DNA of 64,000 nucleotides from an uncultured Gemmatimonadota bacterium (lineage in GTDB: Bacteria > GCA-2686955): positions 1 through 64,000 of the forward strand of contig CAZBBK010000007.1 in assembly GCA_964490075.1 (NCBI GenBank). Direction: 5' to 3'. Under the pieces are notes generated by a model. That model made no database searches. It was given only the letters and a program-made list of their open reading frames with translations, and had not been told where the DNA came from. Made by a program: the position numbers and the translations under genes. Below, piece by piece: positions 45,358 through 54,503 of this stretch (positions are counted from its first letter, which is position 1; every line of letters starts with the position of its first letter).

Positions 45358-48128
45358 GACCCGCGCCCGCCCGGCCACTCCGGCGTGGGGTTCAGCACCA
45401 CCTCGCGCACCACCGCCAGACCGCGGGCGCCGGGCGTCGCGGCGTACTGCGGCCAGAGCCGGATCACCAGGTCGCCGGGGGTCTCCAAGGGCATTCCCGG
45501 CGGTAGATCGAGGACCACGCGGCGCCAGGCCGCGCGCGCTTGCACGGCGCCCGCCCGCTGTCCGTCGACCCAGATCTCGCAGAGCGGAGCGACTCCGGCG
45601 GCACCGGCATGTCCCAGCTCCAGACCGAGGCGGCGCGGACGCGGACCCACCCAGGGAAGACGAATTTCGGCCCCCGACAGGGCGGCCCTGCCCTCCGACA
45701 CCACGTGGGAGGGCGGGACGAAGCCGCGGACGAAGGGCCCGTCGCCCTCGCCCAGGCGCAGCGCCAGGCTCTGACGATCTGTCCCCGGCGTCCCGGCCCG
45801 GGCCCGGGCGCCCGACAGGTGGTGCACCCGCACGCCGCCGGCGAAGCGCGTCGATGCGCGCTCCGCGAAGGACCCCAGCAGGGCGTCGCAGGCCGAGTCG
45901 GCGCGCGCGAAGGAGAACTCGGGACGGCCGAAGAGCACGGGCCGCACGTCGACCACCCAGACCTCGTTCACGAAGCGGCTCTCGGCCGCCGCGGCGGTGC
46001 TGCCGAAGAGATCGGTGACCGGCTCCCAGAGCAGCACCCGCCCGGCGCCGCCGGGACGTTTCAGCTCGCGCCACTCCGGGCTCTGAGTCAGGCCGCTGCC
46101 GTCGGCGATCGACTCCGGCGCCAGGTAGGGCTGCAAGGGCAGGGCGAAGTAGGCGGCCGGGGTGACGACCACGGCGTCGCCGTCGCGCGCGTGGCCGAGG
46201 ATGTGCCGGGCGGCACCGCGCAGATCGGTCTTGTCGAGGCGCCCCTGCTGCCGCGCCAGGGCGTTCAGGGTCGCCACGCAGAGGAGCAGGGCCGCCGCCG
46301 CGCGCACTCGACCCAGCGCACGCCGGCCGCTTCCGGCGTCGCTCTCCGGCGGCGCCAGGAGCCCGCCCCAGACCAGCAGCAAGAGCAGCGGCACGAAGTG
46401 CAGCCAGTAGCGCGCGGCTACGTAGTAGCCGCCGTAGAGCTCGGCCCGCAACGTCGCCGTCAGCAAGGTCTCGACGGCGGCCAGGTAGAGGATGCAGAGC
46501 CCGAGACCGCTCAGGGCCGGGCGCCCGCGCAAGCCGGTCAGCGCCAGTGCGGCCAGCGTCAGGGCCCCCCAGCCGTAGATCCGCCCGCCGAAGCCCACCC
46601 CCAGCGATGTGCTCAAGAGATAGTTCAAGGCACCGCCATAATCCCAATCCAAAAAATAAGTTCCAACTCTCTGCTGATAGCCGAGGGAGAGCTCGGTCGC
46701 CTGCCCGGAGCTGATCCAGGAGAGGCCGCCGACCGGCAGCAGGAGGAGCAGCGCGAGGGCCAGAGCGAGGGCCAGGGCGGCGCCGAAGTGCGTCCTCGAG
46801 CGCGACCCGGGGAGCCCCGGCAGGAGCGCCGCGCCGAAGAGGATCAGGCAGGGCACGAGGTGGACGGCGTAGTAATGGGTGGCGCCCGCGAGGCCCAGGC
46901 AGGTGCCGAGGGCGAGCGCCCGGGCGCGGCTCGGCCGGCGTGCGATCTCGACCAGGAGCCAGAGCGAGGCGGGGCCGAGGGCGGTCAGGAGGCCGTAGGG
47001 CGAGACGTCCTGCGAGTAGTAGACCGCCAGCGGGGAGAGGGCCACGGCGGCCGCGGCGGCGAGTGCCGCCGGGCGTGGAAGCAGGCGTCGCCCGAGCAGG
47101 TAGGTGAAGGGGACGGCGAGCGAGCCAGCCAGCGCCCCCGGCAGGCGAGCCGACACCTCGGCGACGCCGAAGGGGGCGACCGTGGCCTTGAGCAGCAACC
47201 GCCAGAGCGGCGCGTGCCACTGGGCGCTGCCGCCGGTCTCCAGCAGGGTATGCCAGAAGTCGCGCCGATCGAGACCGGCGATCAGGTAGGTGAGCTCGTT
47301 GAGCTCCAATGACTCGCGGCCGAGAGCGAGGAGCCTTGGCAGCAGGCCGAGGAGCAGGAGCATGGCCAGGGTCGGAAGCTCGCGGCGATCGATCAGGGGC
47401 GGCGGGCGGTCGGGGATCGGCGCCGCTCCGATCGCCGCGACGCGCGCAGCTCGGTCGTGGGCGATCCAGGCGGCGGCCAGCAGCAGCAGGGCCAGCGCGA
47501 CCGCCCAGGCGGCCTGGGGGCCGGCGGCGCGCGCCAGCTCCCGGGGCGAAAACTGGGTCGCCTCGAAGTCGAAGACCGGTTGGGAGGCGGCTTCGCCCGC
47601 GAGGGTGGCGCTCAGCGGCGCCCGCCCGGGCCGGCGCTGCAGGGGCGGCCGCAGGGTGGTGGTGGCGATCCGCCAGGCTTCGAGGAAGGAGTCGCGGTCG
47701 GCGATGGAGGCCGGTGCCAGCCTGAGATCTACGGTCCAACCCGGACGGGCCCGGATCGGCTCGCGCGCCGGGGCGAAGAGATCGCCCGGGCTCGGCCCGC
47801 CGCTGTCGTCGGCGTCGACCAGGGCGGCCACCCACAGCGGCATGCCGGCCGGGATCGCTTCGACCCGGAAGCGACCCCCGGCGTCGACCGGGGCGCGCAC
47901 CAGCGGCTCCTGGTCTGGGAAGGGGCGGCGCAGGTCGGTCGCCGGGTAGACCCAGAGCTCGGCGCCCTCGACGGCGGCGCCGCCTTCCATCCGGCCCTGC
48001 AACATCGCGCCGGCCGCGGCGGCGTCGCCGCGGATCCACGCAATCGCCCCCACGATCGCCAGGCCCAACGCCAGCGCGACGAGAAGGCCCGGGACCACCG
48101 TCCGAAGCCTGGGAGATGCTGTGCTCAT
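45354..48128 (-). CDS. GT-C fold (GT39/PMT-2/ArnT-like) membrane glycosyltransferase with N- and C-terminal extensions
   Basis: LGRESLELNE, HAPLW, GVAEVSARLPGAL, ALSPLAVYYSQ, THYYA, ARYW; many TM helices. ATG at 48128. Confidence 0.8.
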   Translation of the reverse strand: MSTASPRLRTVVPGLLVALALGLAIVGAIAWIRGDAAAAGAMLQGRMEGGAAVEGAELWVYPATDLRRPFPDQEPLVRAPVDAGGRFRVEAIPAGMPLWVAALVDADDSGGPSPGDLFAPAREPIRARPGWTVDLRLAPASIADRDSFLEAWRIATTTLRPPLQRRPGRAPLSATLAGEAASQPVFDFEATQFSPRELARAAGPQAAWAVALALLLLAAAWIAHDRAARVAAIGAAPIPDRPPPLIDRRELPTLAMLLLLGLLPRLLALGRESLELNELTYLIAGLDRRDFWHTLLETGGSAQWHAPLWRLLLKATVAPFGVAEVSARLPGALAGSLAVPFTYLLGRRLLPRPAALAAAAAVALSPLAVYYSQDVSPYGLLTALGPASLWLLVEIARRPSRARALALGTCLGLAGATHYYAVHLVPCLILFGAALLPGLPGSRSRTHFGAALALALALALLLLLPVGGLSWISSGQATELSLGYQQRVGTYFLDWDYGGALNYLLSTSLGVGFGGRIYGWGALTLAALALTGLRGRPALSGLGLCILYLAAVETLLTATLRAELYGGYYVAARYWLHFVPLLLLLVWGGLLAPPESDAGSGRRALGRVRAAAALLLCVATLNALARQQGRLDKTDLRGAARHILGHARDGDAVVVTPAAYFALPLQPYLAPESIADGSGLTQSPEWRELKRPGGAGRVLLWEPVTDLFGSTAAAAESRFVNEVWVVDVRPVLFGRPEFSFARADSACDALLGSFAERASTRFAGGVRVHHLSGARARAGTPGTDRQSLALRLGEGDGPFVRGFVPPSHVVSEGRAALSGAEIRLPWVGPRPRRLGLELGHAGAAGVAPLCEIWVDGQRAGAVQARAAWRRVVLDLPPGMPLETPGDLVIRLWPQYAATPGARGLAVVREVVLNPTPEWPGGRGS

Positions 48129-48255
48129 GCGGGGGCTTGGGGTCCGGACCCTCTTCGGGTGGTGGCTCCACCTTCCGGGCACGGGGGCGCTCGAGACGCG
48201 GGCGATGCTACTCCGGCCGCGCGGGGGGTGTCGAGGTGGCGGGGATCGGCTACCT

Positions 48256-48281
48256 GGGTCCCGGCAAAGTCGCCGGGACCC
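48256..48281. terminator. Hairpin just after the dehydrogenase stop
   Basis: 10-bp stem GGGTCCCGGC / GCCGGGACCC with a 6-nt loop. Confidence 0.45.
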
Positions 48282-48289
48282 TGGATCGG

Positions 48290-49750
48290 CTACTGCACCA
48301 CCCGGCTCACCACCTCGGAGACCGCACCCTGCTCGACGGCCTGGATCAGGACCTCGGCTCCGGAGGCGGCCGGCGGGATGGTGCCGCTGATGCCGGCGAC
48401 TCCATCGGCGTCGGCGAGCGCGCTGCCGGCGGGCCGCGGCGCCGCCAGTTCCAGGCTGACACCGAGCGGCGGCAGCGGCGTCTCTCCGGGTCCGGCGACG
48501 CTGTAGGCGAAGTAGACCCTGCCGCCGGGCGTGGCACTGCCGACCTCGGCCGAGGCCGATTGCCCGCCCACCAGTGGATCGACATCGAGCTCCATGCGTG
48601 GCACCACGCGGAAGAGCTCCCCCCCCCGATCGCAGAGGTAGAGATTGCCTGCGGCGTCCTCGCCGAAAGAGGAGATATCGTCGATCGATCGGCCGCCGCC
48701 GGGATCCATCTCGGCGCTGCGCTCGACGTGCTCCACCACCTGGCCGTTCTGGTAGCGGAAGGTCCAGATCTGGGCGCTGCAGTAGTCGGCGTAGAAGTAG
48801 GTGCCCTGGAGGGCGGTCATGGGGCCGCGGTAGACGTAGCCGCCGGTGACCGAGCAGCGGAAGGGGTTGCCGCCGTGGCCGTATTCGTGGATCGGCAGCG
48901 CCAGGCTGCCGTCGTTGCAGTCGCTCGGCGGGTTGAAGCAGTGGGCGCCTTCCATGAGGCGCCAGCCGTAGTTCTCCCCGCCCTGGCTGGCGGCGCTCTG
49001 GAAGTCGATCTCCTCCCAGAGGTTCTGGCCCACATCGCCGATCCACAGATCTCCGGTGGCGGAATCGAAGCTGTAGCGCCAGGGATTGCGCAGTCCGAAG
49101 GCCCAGATCTCGTCGCGCGGGGCCTCGCCCAGATATGGGTTGTCGGGCGGGATGGCGTAGGGAGGGGCGCGGTTCACGTCGATGCGCAGCATCTTGCCGA
49201 GCAGGGTGGCGCCGGATTGGGCGCGGTCGCCGGGATCGCCGCCGGCACCGCCGTCTCCGGTGCCGATGTAGAGGTAGCCATCTCCCGGGCCGAAGGCCAG
49301 GTGGCCGCCGTTGTGGTTGGCGAAGGGTTGGTCGATCGAGAGGACCGCCGAGGCGCTGGCGGGGTCGGCGAGGTTCGAATCGGCTGAGACCTGGTAGCGC
49401 TCGATGACCGTATCGCCGCCCAGGTCGGTGTAGTTGACGAAGAAGAGGCCGTTCTGGTCGTAGTCGGGATGAAAGGCCAGGCCCAGCAACCCGCGCTCGC
49501 CGCCACTGCTCACCTTGGCGGCGATGTCGAGGAAGGGGGCGAGGTCGATCTGGCCGGCTCGTACGATGCGGATCCGGGCGCTGTTCTGCTCGACCACGAA
49601 GAGCCGTGCCTGGTCGCCCGGCGGGGCGCCGACGAAGACCGGCGCATCGAGCCCGGCGGTGACCAGCTCGGAGCCGATCACCAGCGCCGCGGAGGGAGAG
49701 GCGCTGGCGAGCAGAGCGAGGGCGAGGACGAGGGGATGGAAGCTACGCAT
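48290..49750 (-). CDS. PQQ-dependent glucose/sorbosone dehydrogenase-family protein with a C-terminal extra domain
   Basis: Signal peptide; GERGLLGLAFHP, NHNGG, GDGG, GKMLRID, GLRNPWR, DVGQNLWEEID, NYGW, SVTGGYVYRG, SSFGED. Confidence 0.9.
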   Translation of the reverse strand: MRSFHPLVLALALLASASPSAALVIGSELVTAGLDAPVFVGAPPGDQARLFVVEQNSARIRIVRAGQIDLAPFLDIAAKVSSGGERGLLGLAFHPDYDQNGLFFVNYTDLGGDTVIERYQVSADSNLADPASASAVLSIDQPFANHNGGHLAFGPGDGYLYIGTGDGGAGGDPGDRAQSGATLLGKMLRIDVNRAPPYAIPPDNPYLGEAPRDEIWAFGLRNPWRYSFDSATGDLWIGDVGQNLWEEIDFQSAASQGGENYGWRLMEGAHCFNPPSDCNDGSLALPIHEYGHGGNPFRCSVTGGYVYRGPMTALQGTYFYADYCSAQIWTFRYQNGQVVEHVERSAEMDPGGGRSIDDISSFGEDAAGNLYLCDRGGELFRVVPRMELDVDPLVGGQSASAEVGSATPGGRVYFAYSVAGPGETPLPPLGVSLELAAPRPAGSALADADGVAGISGTIPPAASGAEVLIQAVEQGAVSEVVSRVVQ

Positions 49751-49818
49751 GGGAAGGCAAAGGAAGGCCGCGCGGGGGTTCTTCGCAAGGGATGGGGGGG
49801 CGGCGCCCAGGATCGCGG

Positions 49819-50733
49819 TCAGCGCAGCTCCGGCGTTCCCGCCGCCGGCCGACTGGCCTCCGGCAGCAGCTCGGCGATGCGCCGCCAGACCTCGGCCAGT
49901 GCCTGCGCCGGGTCGCGGTCGCCGACTTCGACCGCGCCGCCGATCGTGAGCCGGATCGGCGCGGCGTGGAGCTTGCGCTGGTGCATCGGGAAGGCTCGCT
50001 GGGTGCCCGAGAGCGCGAAGGGGACCAGCAGCGTGGCGGGCTCGGGATAGCGGGCCACGCCGCGCAGGAAGGACCCCAGTCGGCCCGAGCGCGAACGCCC
50101 GCCTTCGGCGTAGAGGAGCGGCAGTTGCCCGCCGCGGCCCAGCGAGCGGGCTTCGCGCAGCGTGGCGATCGCGATGCGCGCGATCTGGCGCGGCGGCAGC
50201 GCCTCCTCGTTTTGGGCGAGCCGCCCGGACTGGGCGGTCTGCAGGGTGTTGAGTCCGATCGCCGCCATGCGTCGCAGCGGCTCGGTATAGACCTTGGGTC
50301 CGGCGACGAAGACCAGGCGCGCCGCCAGCTCGGCGTCGCTTCCGGCCGCCAGCAAGTGGTCGGTGAACTGGCTGTCGGCGTAGGAGAGGTGGTTGCAGAC
50401 CGCCAGACAGGGTCCGCGGTCGAGCGCTTCTCGGAGCCGCGCCCCTCCCTCGACCTGCCACTCCGCCACCACCTCGGCCAAGAAGACGCGCCCGATCCGT
50501 CGCGCCAGGGCGACCGCCGGATAGAGGCGATACTCCTCGCCGACCTCGGAATAGCGGTCGCGGGTCTTGAGCAGGTCGGCGTCGGACGCCGCGGCGAGAG
50601 CCTCGTCGACCGCCTGTCGCAGCCCGCGCAAACGGGACTCGTCGAACGCGACGTGATCGGCCAGCCACTGGGGGATGTTGCGCCGCAGGCACGACGCGTC
50701 CATCGCGCTGATTTCTTCGATGGTGGGGGGCAT
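49819..50733 (-). CDS. Lysophospholipid/glycerolipid acyltransferase (PlsC superfamily)
   Basis: NHLSYAD (HxxxxD) and YAEGGRSRSG motifs. Confidence 0.85.
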   Translation of the reverse strand: MPPTIEEISAMDASCLRRNIPQWLADHVAFDESRLRGLRQAVDEALAAASDADLLKTRDRYSEVGEEYRLYPAVALARRIGRVFLAEVVAEWQVEGGARLREALDRGPCLAVCNHLSYADSQFTDHLLAAGSDAELAARLVFVAGPKVYTEPLRRMAAIGLNTLQTAQSGRLAQNEEALPPRQIARIAIATLREARSLGRGGQLPLLYAEGGRSRSGRLGSFLRGVARYPEPATLLVPFALSGTQRAFPMHQRKLHAAPIRLTIGGAVEVGDRDPAQALAEVWRRIAELLPEASRPAAGTPELR

Positions 50734-50762
50734 GGCTTCCTTTCGGCTTCGCCCTCCGACCC

Positions 50763-52988
50763 CTACAGCGCGTCGATGACCGCGTTGAAGCAGGCGCTGG
50801 GCCGCATCACCGCGCGCGCGCGCTCGGCGTCGGGAAGGTAATAACCGCCCAGATCGACCGGCTCTCCCTGGGCCGCCAGCAGCTCCTCGGTGATCGTCGT
50901 CTCTTGCTCCGCGAGGGCACGCGCCACGCTGGTGAAGCGCTCTTTGAGCTCGGCATCCTCCGACTGCTCGGCCAAGGCCTGTGCCCAGTAGAGCGCCAGG
51001 TAGAAAGTGCTGCCGCGGTTGTCGATCTCGTTCACCTTGCGCGAGGGGTAGCGGGCGTGCTCCAGGTAGCGTCCGACCCCCTGGTCGAGGGTGCGCGCCA
51101 GCAGCGCCGCCCGGGAGCCACCGCTCTGCGCGGCCGCCAGCTCCAGCGCGGGCACCAGGGCGCAGTACTCGCCCAGCGAGTCCCAGCGCAGATGCCCTTC
51201 CTTCAGCAGCTGCTGCACGTGCTTGGGCGCCGAACCGCCGGCGCCGGTCTCGAAAAGTCCGCCGCCCTTCAGGAGCGGCACGATCGAGAGCATGCGCGCG
51301 CTGGTGCCCAGCTCCAGGATCGGGAACAGATCGGTCAGGTAGTCTCGCAACACATTTCCGGTGACGGCGATGGTGTCGGCACCGCGCCGTACCCGCTCCA
51401 GGCTGAAGCGCATCGCATCCTGGGGACGCAGGATACGGATATCGAGCCCCTCGGTGTCGTACTCCGGCAGGTACTGCTGCACTTTCTTGATGATCTCGGC
51501 GTCATGGCCACGCCGCTCGTCGAGCCAGAAGATCGCCGGGCTGCCGCTGGCCCGGGCGCGGGTCACCGCCAGCTTCACCCAGTCGCGGATCGGCTCGTCC
51601 TTGGCCTGGCACATGCGGAAAATGTCGCCTGGTTCCACCGCCTGCTCGAGCAGCGTTCGCGCCTGGGCGTCGACCACTCGAATGATGCCTGCGGCCGGGG
51701 CCTCGAAGGTCTTGTCGTGGGAGCCGTACTCTTCCGCTTTCTGCGCCATCAGTCCGACGTTGGCCACATTGCCCATGGTCGCCGGATCGAACTGCCCGTG
51801 CTCTTTGGCGTTCTCCAGGATCTCCGAGTACATCGTCGCATAGCTGCGATCGGGCACCATGGCAATGCAATCCTGCAGCTCGTCGGCTGAGTTCCACATC
51901 CGCCCGCCGTCGCGCACCACGTTCGGCATCGACGCGTCGACAATGATGTTGTTGGGAACGTGCAGATTGGTGATGCCTTTACGCGAGTCGACCATCGCCA
52001 ACGCCGGACGGCGCTCGTAGACCGCCGCGATATCGGCCTCGATCTCCGCCTTCTTCTCGGCCGGCAGTCGGTCGAGCTTCTCGAGCACGTCGGCCAGGCC
52101 GTTGTTGACGCATGCGCCGATCTCGCGCAACAGATCGGCGTGCTTGTCGAGGGCCTCGCTGTAATAGACCGAGACACAATGGCCGAACATGATCGGATCG
52201 GAGATCTTCATCATGGTCGCCTTCAGGTGCAGCGAAAGCACAACGCCCTCGCGCTTCGCGGTCTCGATCTGCTCGGCGAAGAAGCGACGCAGCGCCCTCA
52301 CGTTCATCACCGCCGAGTCGATCACCTCGCCCGCCTGCAGCACGATTCCCTCCTTCAGCAAGCGCGTCTCGCCGCCCGCGCCGACGAACTCGATGCGCGC
52401 CTCGCGGGGTTCTGTCATCGTGGTGGAGGTTTCGGAGGCGAAGAAATCGTTGTCGCTCATATGCGCCACGCGCGCCCTGGAACCCGACTCCGGCCACGGC
52501 TGCATCATGCGATGGGGGTGCTTCTGCGCGAAACGTTTCACCGACGCCGCCGGACGCCGATCGGAGTTGCCTTCACGCAGCACCGGATTGACCGCCGAGC
52601 CGAGCACCACGGCGAAGCGCCGCTGCAGCGCCCGCTCTTCGTCGCTCTTCGGCTCCTCTGGATAGTCCGGGACGTCGTGATCCTTCTCTTGCAGCTCCTT
52701 GATCGCCGCCTGCAGCTGCGGCACCGTGGCGCTGATATTCGGCAGCTTGACGATGTTGGCCGCCGGAGTCTTGGCCAGCTCGCCGAGTTCGGTCAAGCAA
52801 TCGGGGACCTTTTGATCGTCTCTCAGGCCCTCCGGGAAGTTGGCCAGGATGCGTCCGGTCAGCGAAATGTCCCTGGTCTCTACCTCCACCCCGGCCCCGC
52901 GCGTGAATGCCTGAACGATGGGAAGCAGCGCGTGGGTCGCCAGAGCGGGTGCTTCATCGATCTTCGTCCAGATGATTTTGGCAGTCAT
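50763..52988 (-). CDS. icd: Monomeric NADP-dependent isocitrate dehydrogenase
   Basis: [69 protein letters not shown] before the ATG at 52988. Confidence 0.96.
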   Translation of the reverse strand: MTAKIIWTKIDEAPALATHALLPIVQAFTRGAGVEVETRDISLTGRILANFPEGLRDDQKVPDCLTELGELAKTPAANIVKLPNISATVPQLQAAIKELQEKDHDVPDYPEEPKSDEERALQRRFAVVLGSAVNPVLREGNSDRRPAASVKRFAQKHPHRMMQPWPESGSRARVAHMSDNDFFASETSTTMTEPREARIEFVGAGGETRLLKEGIVLQAGEVIDSAVMNVRALRRFFAEQIETAKREGVVLSLHLKATMMKISDPIMFGHCVSVYYSEALDKHADLLREIGACVNNGLADVLEKLDRLPAEKKAEIEADIAAVYERRPALAMVDSRKGITNLHVPNNIIVDASMPNVVRDGGRMWNSADELQDCIAMVPDRSYATMYSEILENAKEHGQFDPATMGNVANVGLMAQKAEEYGSHDKTFEAPAAGIIRVVDAQARTLLEQAVEPGDIFRMCQAKDEPIRDWVKLAVTRARASGSPAIFWLDERRGHDAEIIKKVQQYLPEYDTEGLDIRILRPQDAMRFSLERVRRGADTIAVTGNVLRDYLTDLFPILELGTSARMLSIVPLLKGGGLFETGAGGSAPKHVQQLLKEGHLRWDSLGEYCALVPALELAAAQSGGSRAALLARTLDQGVGRYLEHARYPSRKVNEIDNRGSTFYLALYWAQALAEQSEDAELKERFTSVARALAEQETTITEELLAAQGEPVDLGGYYLPDAERARAVMRPSACFNAVIDAL

Positions 52989-53066
52989 TTTCTCTCCTCG
53001 GGGTCGTCGAATCAGGCTCCGAGCGCAGCGCGGTCGGGGTGAAAGGGGACATTCGCCAAACGTTCG

Positions 53067-53095
53067 TTTATACCGGTCCGGGCAGTGGAGTTCAA
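53067..53095 (-). promoter_or_regulatory. Putative sigma70 promoter of icd
   Basis: Minus strand TTGAAC-N17-TATAAA. Imperfect palindrome AAACGTTCGTTT (53058-53069) overlaps the -10/+1 region. Confidence 0.55.
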
Positions 53096-53177
53096 CGCTG
53101 GGGGAGCGGGACGACCCCGGCGCGTCGCCATCGTCCCTGCCCGGGACAGAGCGCCCCCGGCCCGCTACCATCCTCCG

Positions 53178-54503
53178 ATGCTCACCAATCCCAACAAGAC
53201 CCCGAGCGGAGCCCTGCTCTGCGTGGGAGATATCCATCTCGGACGCCGCCCTTCGCGGCTGCCGGAAGGGATCGGCGATTGGCTGCGCCCCGAAGAGCTG
53301 GCGCCGAGCGCCGCCTGGGCCGCGGCGGTAGAGGCGGCGATCGCGCGCCGGGTCGACGCGCTCCTTTTGGCCGGCGATGTGGTAGACGCCGAGGACGATT
53401 TTTTCGAGGCCTACACCCACCTGCGGCGCGGCGTCGACCGCCTGCTCGAGGCCGGAATCCGGGTGCTCGGCGTGGCCGGCAACCACGACGTACGGGTGCT
53501 GCCGCGGCTGGCGGCCGAGATCGAAGGCTTCGTGCTGCTGGGGGCCGGCGGCGAGTGGCGCATCGAGGCGCTGCGCGACCGCGCCGGGCATGAGATCGCG
53601 CGCGTGCTGGGCTGGTCCTTCGCTGAACGCGAGCAGCGCGCTTCGCCCCTCGACGGCCTGCCGGGCGGACTGGGCGGCGAGACCCCCCTGCTGGGACTGC
53701 TGCACTGCGACCTGGGCGCGACGCGAAGCCGCTACGCCCCGGTGGCGAGGGGGGCGCTGGCAGACTCCGCACCCGACGCCTGGCTCCTGGGGCACGTTCA
53801 CAAGCCCGACTCGATGCAGGGACCGCGGCCGATCGGCTATCTGGGTTCGCTGGTAGGGCTCGATCCCGGCGAGACCGGGGCCCGCGGGCCCTGGCTCCTG
53901 CGCCTCGGCGACGGGCCGGGCGGCATCGAGATGAGTCAGCTGCCGCTGGCGCCGCTGCGCTGGGAGATCCAGGAGCTGAGGGTGGACGATCTAGAGCGAA
54001 GCGAGCGGCTCGAAGAGGGCGTGGTGGGCGCGCTCGAGGCGTTGCACGGGCGGCTCGCCGACGGCCTAGGGAAGACGAGCGCGGTCGGCTGCCGGATCCG
54101 GGTGGTCGGAGAGTGCGAGCGCTTCCTGGAGCTCGATGCAGCGATCGCGGCCGCCGATCCCGGCGCGCTGCTGCGGCGCTTCGAAGGCGTGGTCTACTTC
54201 GTGGAAGGGATCGAGAACCGGGCGCGTCCGGCGCGCGACCTGGCGGCGATGGCCCGCGGCGACGATCCCGCCGCCCTGCTGGCGCGGCGCCTGCTGTTGC
54301 TGGAGGCCGACCCCGACGACGCCGAGCGGGCGGAGCTGATCAGACGGGCGCGCGCGGCGCTGGAGGCGGAGGCGCGGGCACCGGCTTGGGGAGTGCTGGA
54401 CACGGCGGCGGCGCTCGACGACCGGGCGCTGGCCGAGCGCTTGCGCAGCGCCGGCCGACGGGCGCTGGAGCGGCTGCTGGAGCAGAGAGGGAGCGGCGGA
54501 TGA
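53178..54503 (+). CDS. Metallophosphoesterase / DNA repair exonuclease (YhaO/SbcD/Mre11-like)
   Basis: GDIHLG, AGDVVD, GNHD, LLH, LGHVH motifs; coupled to the downstream ATPase. Confidence 0.88.
   Translation: MLTNPNKTPSGALLCVGDIHLGRRPSRLPEGIGDWLRPEELAPSAAWAAAVEAAIARRVDALLLAGDVVDAEDDFFEAYTHLRRGVDRLLEAGIRVLGVAGNHDVRVLPRLAAEIEGFVLLGAGGEWRIEALRDRAGHEIARVLGWSFAEREQRASPLDGLPGGLGGETPLLGLLHCDLGATRSRYAPVARGALADSAPDAWLLGHVHKPDSMQGPRPIGYLGSLVGLDPGETGARGPWLLRLGDGPGGIEMSQLPLAPLRWEIQELRVDDLERSERLEEGVVGALEALHGRLADGLGKTSAVGCRIRVVGECERFLELDAAIAAADPGALLRRFEGVVYFVEGIENRARPARDLAAMARGDDPAALLARRLLLLEADPDDAERAELIRRARAALEAEARAPAWGVLDTAAALDDRALAERLRSAGRRALERLLEQRGSGG

Noticed and set aside
50763-52988. Apparently lower GC in icd as a sign of horizontal transfer
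   Set aside because: Not quantified. A Lys/Ile/Asn/Met-rich protein can explain it, and no mobility signatures flank the gene.
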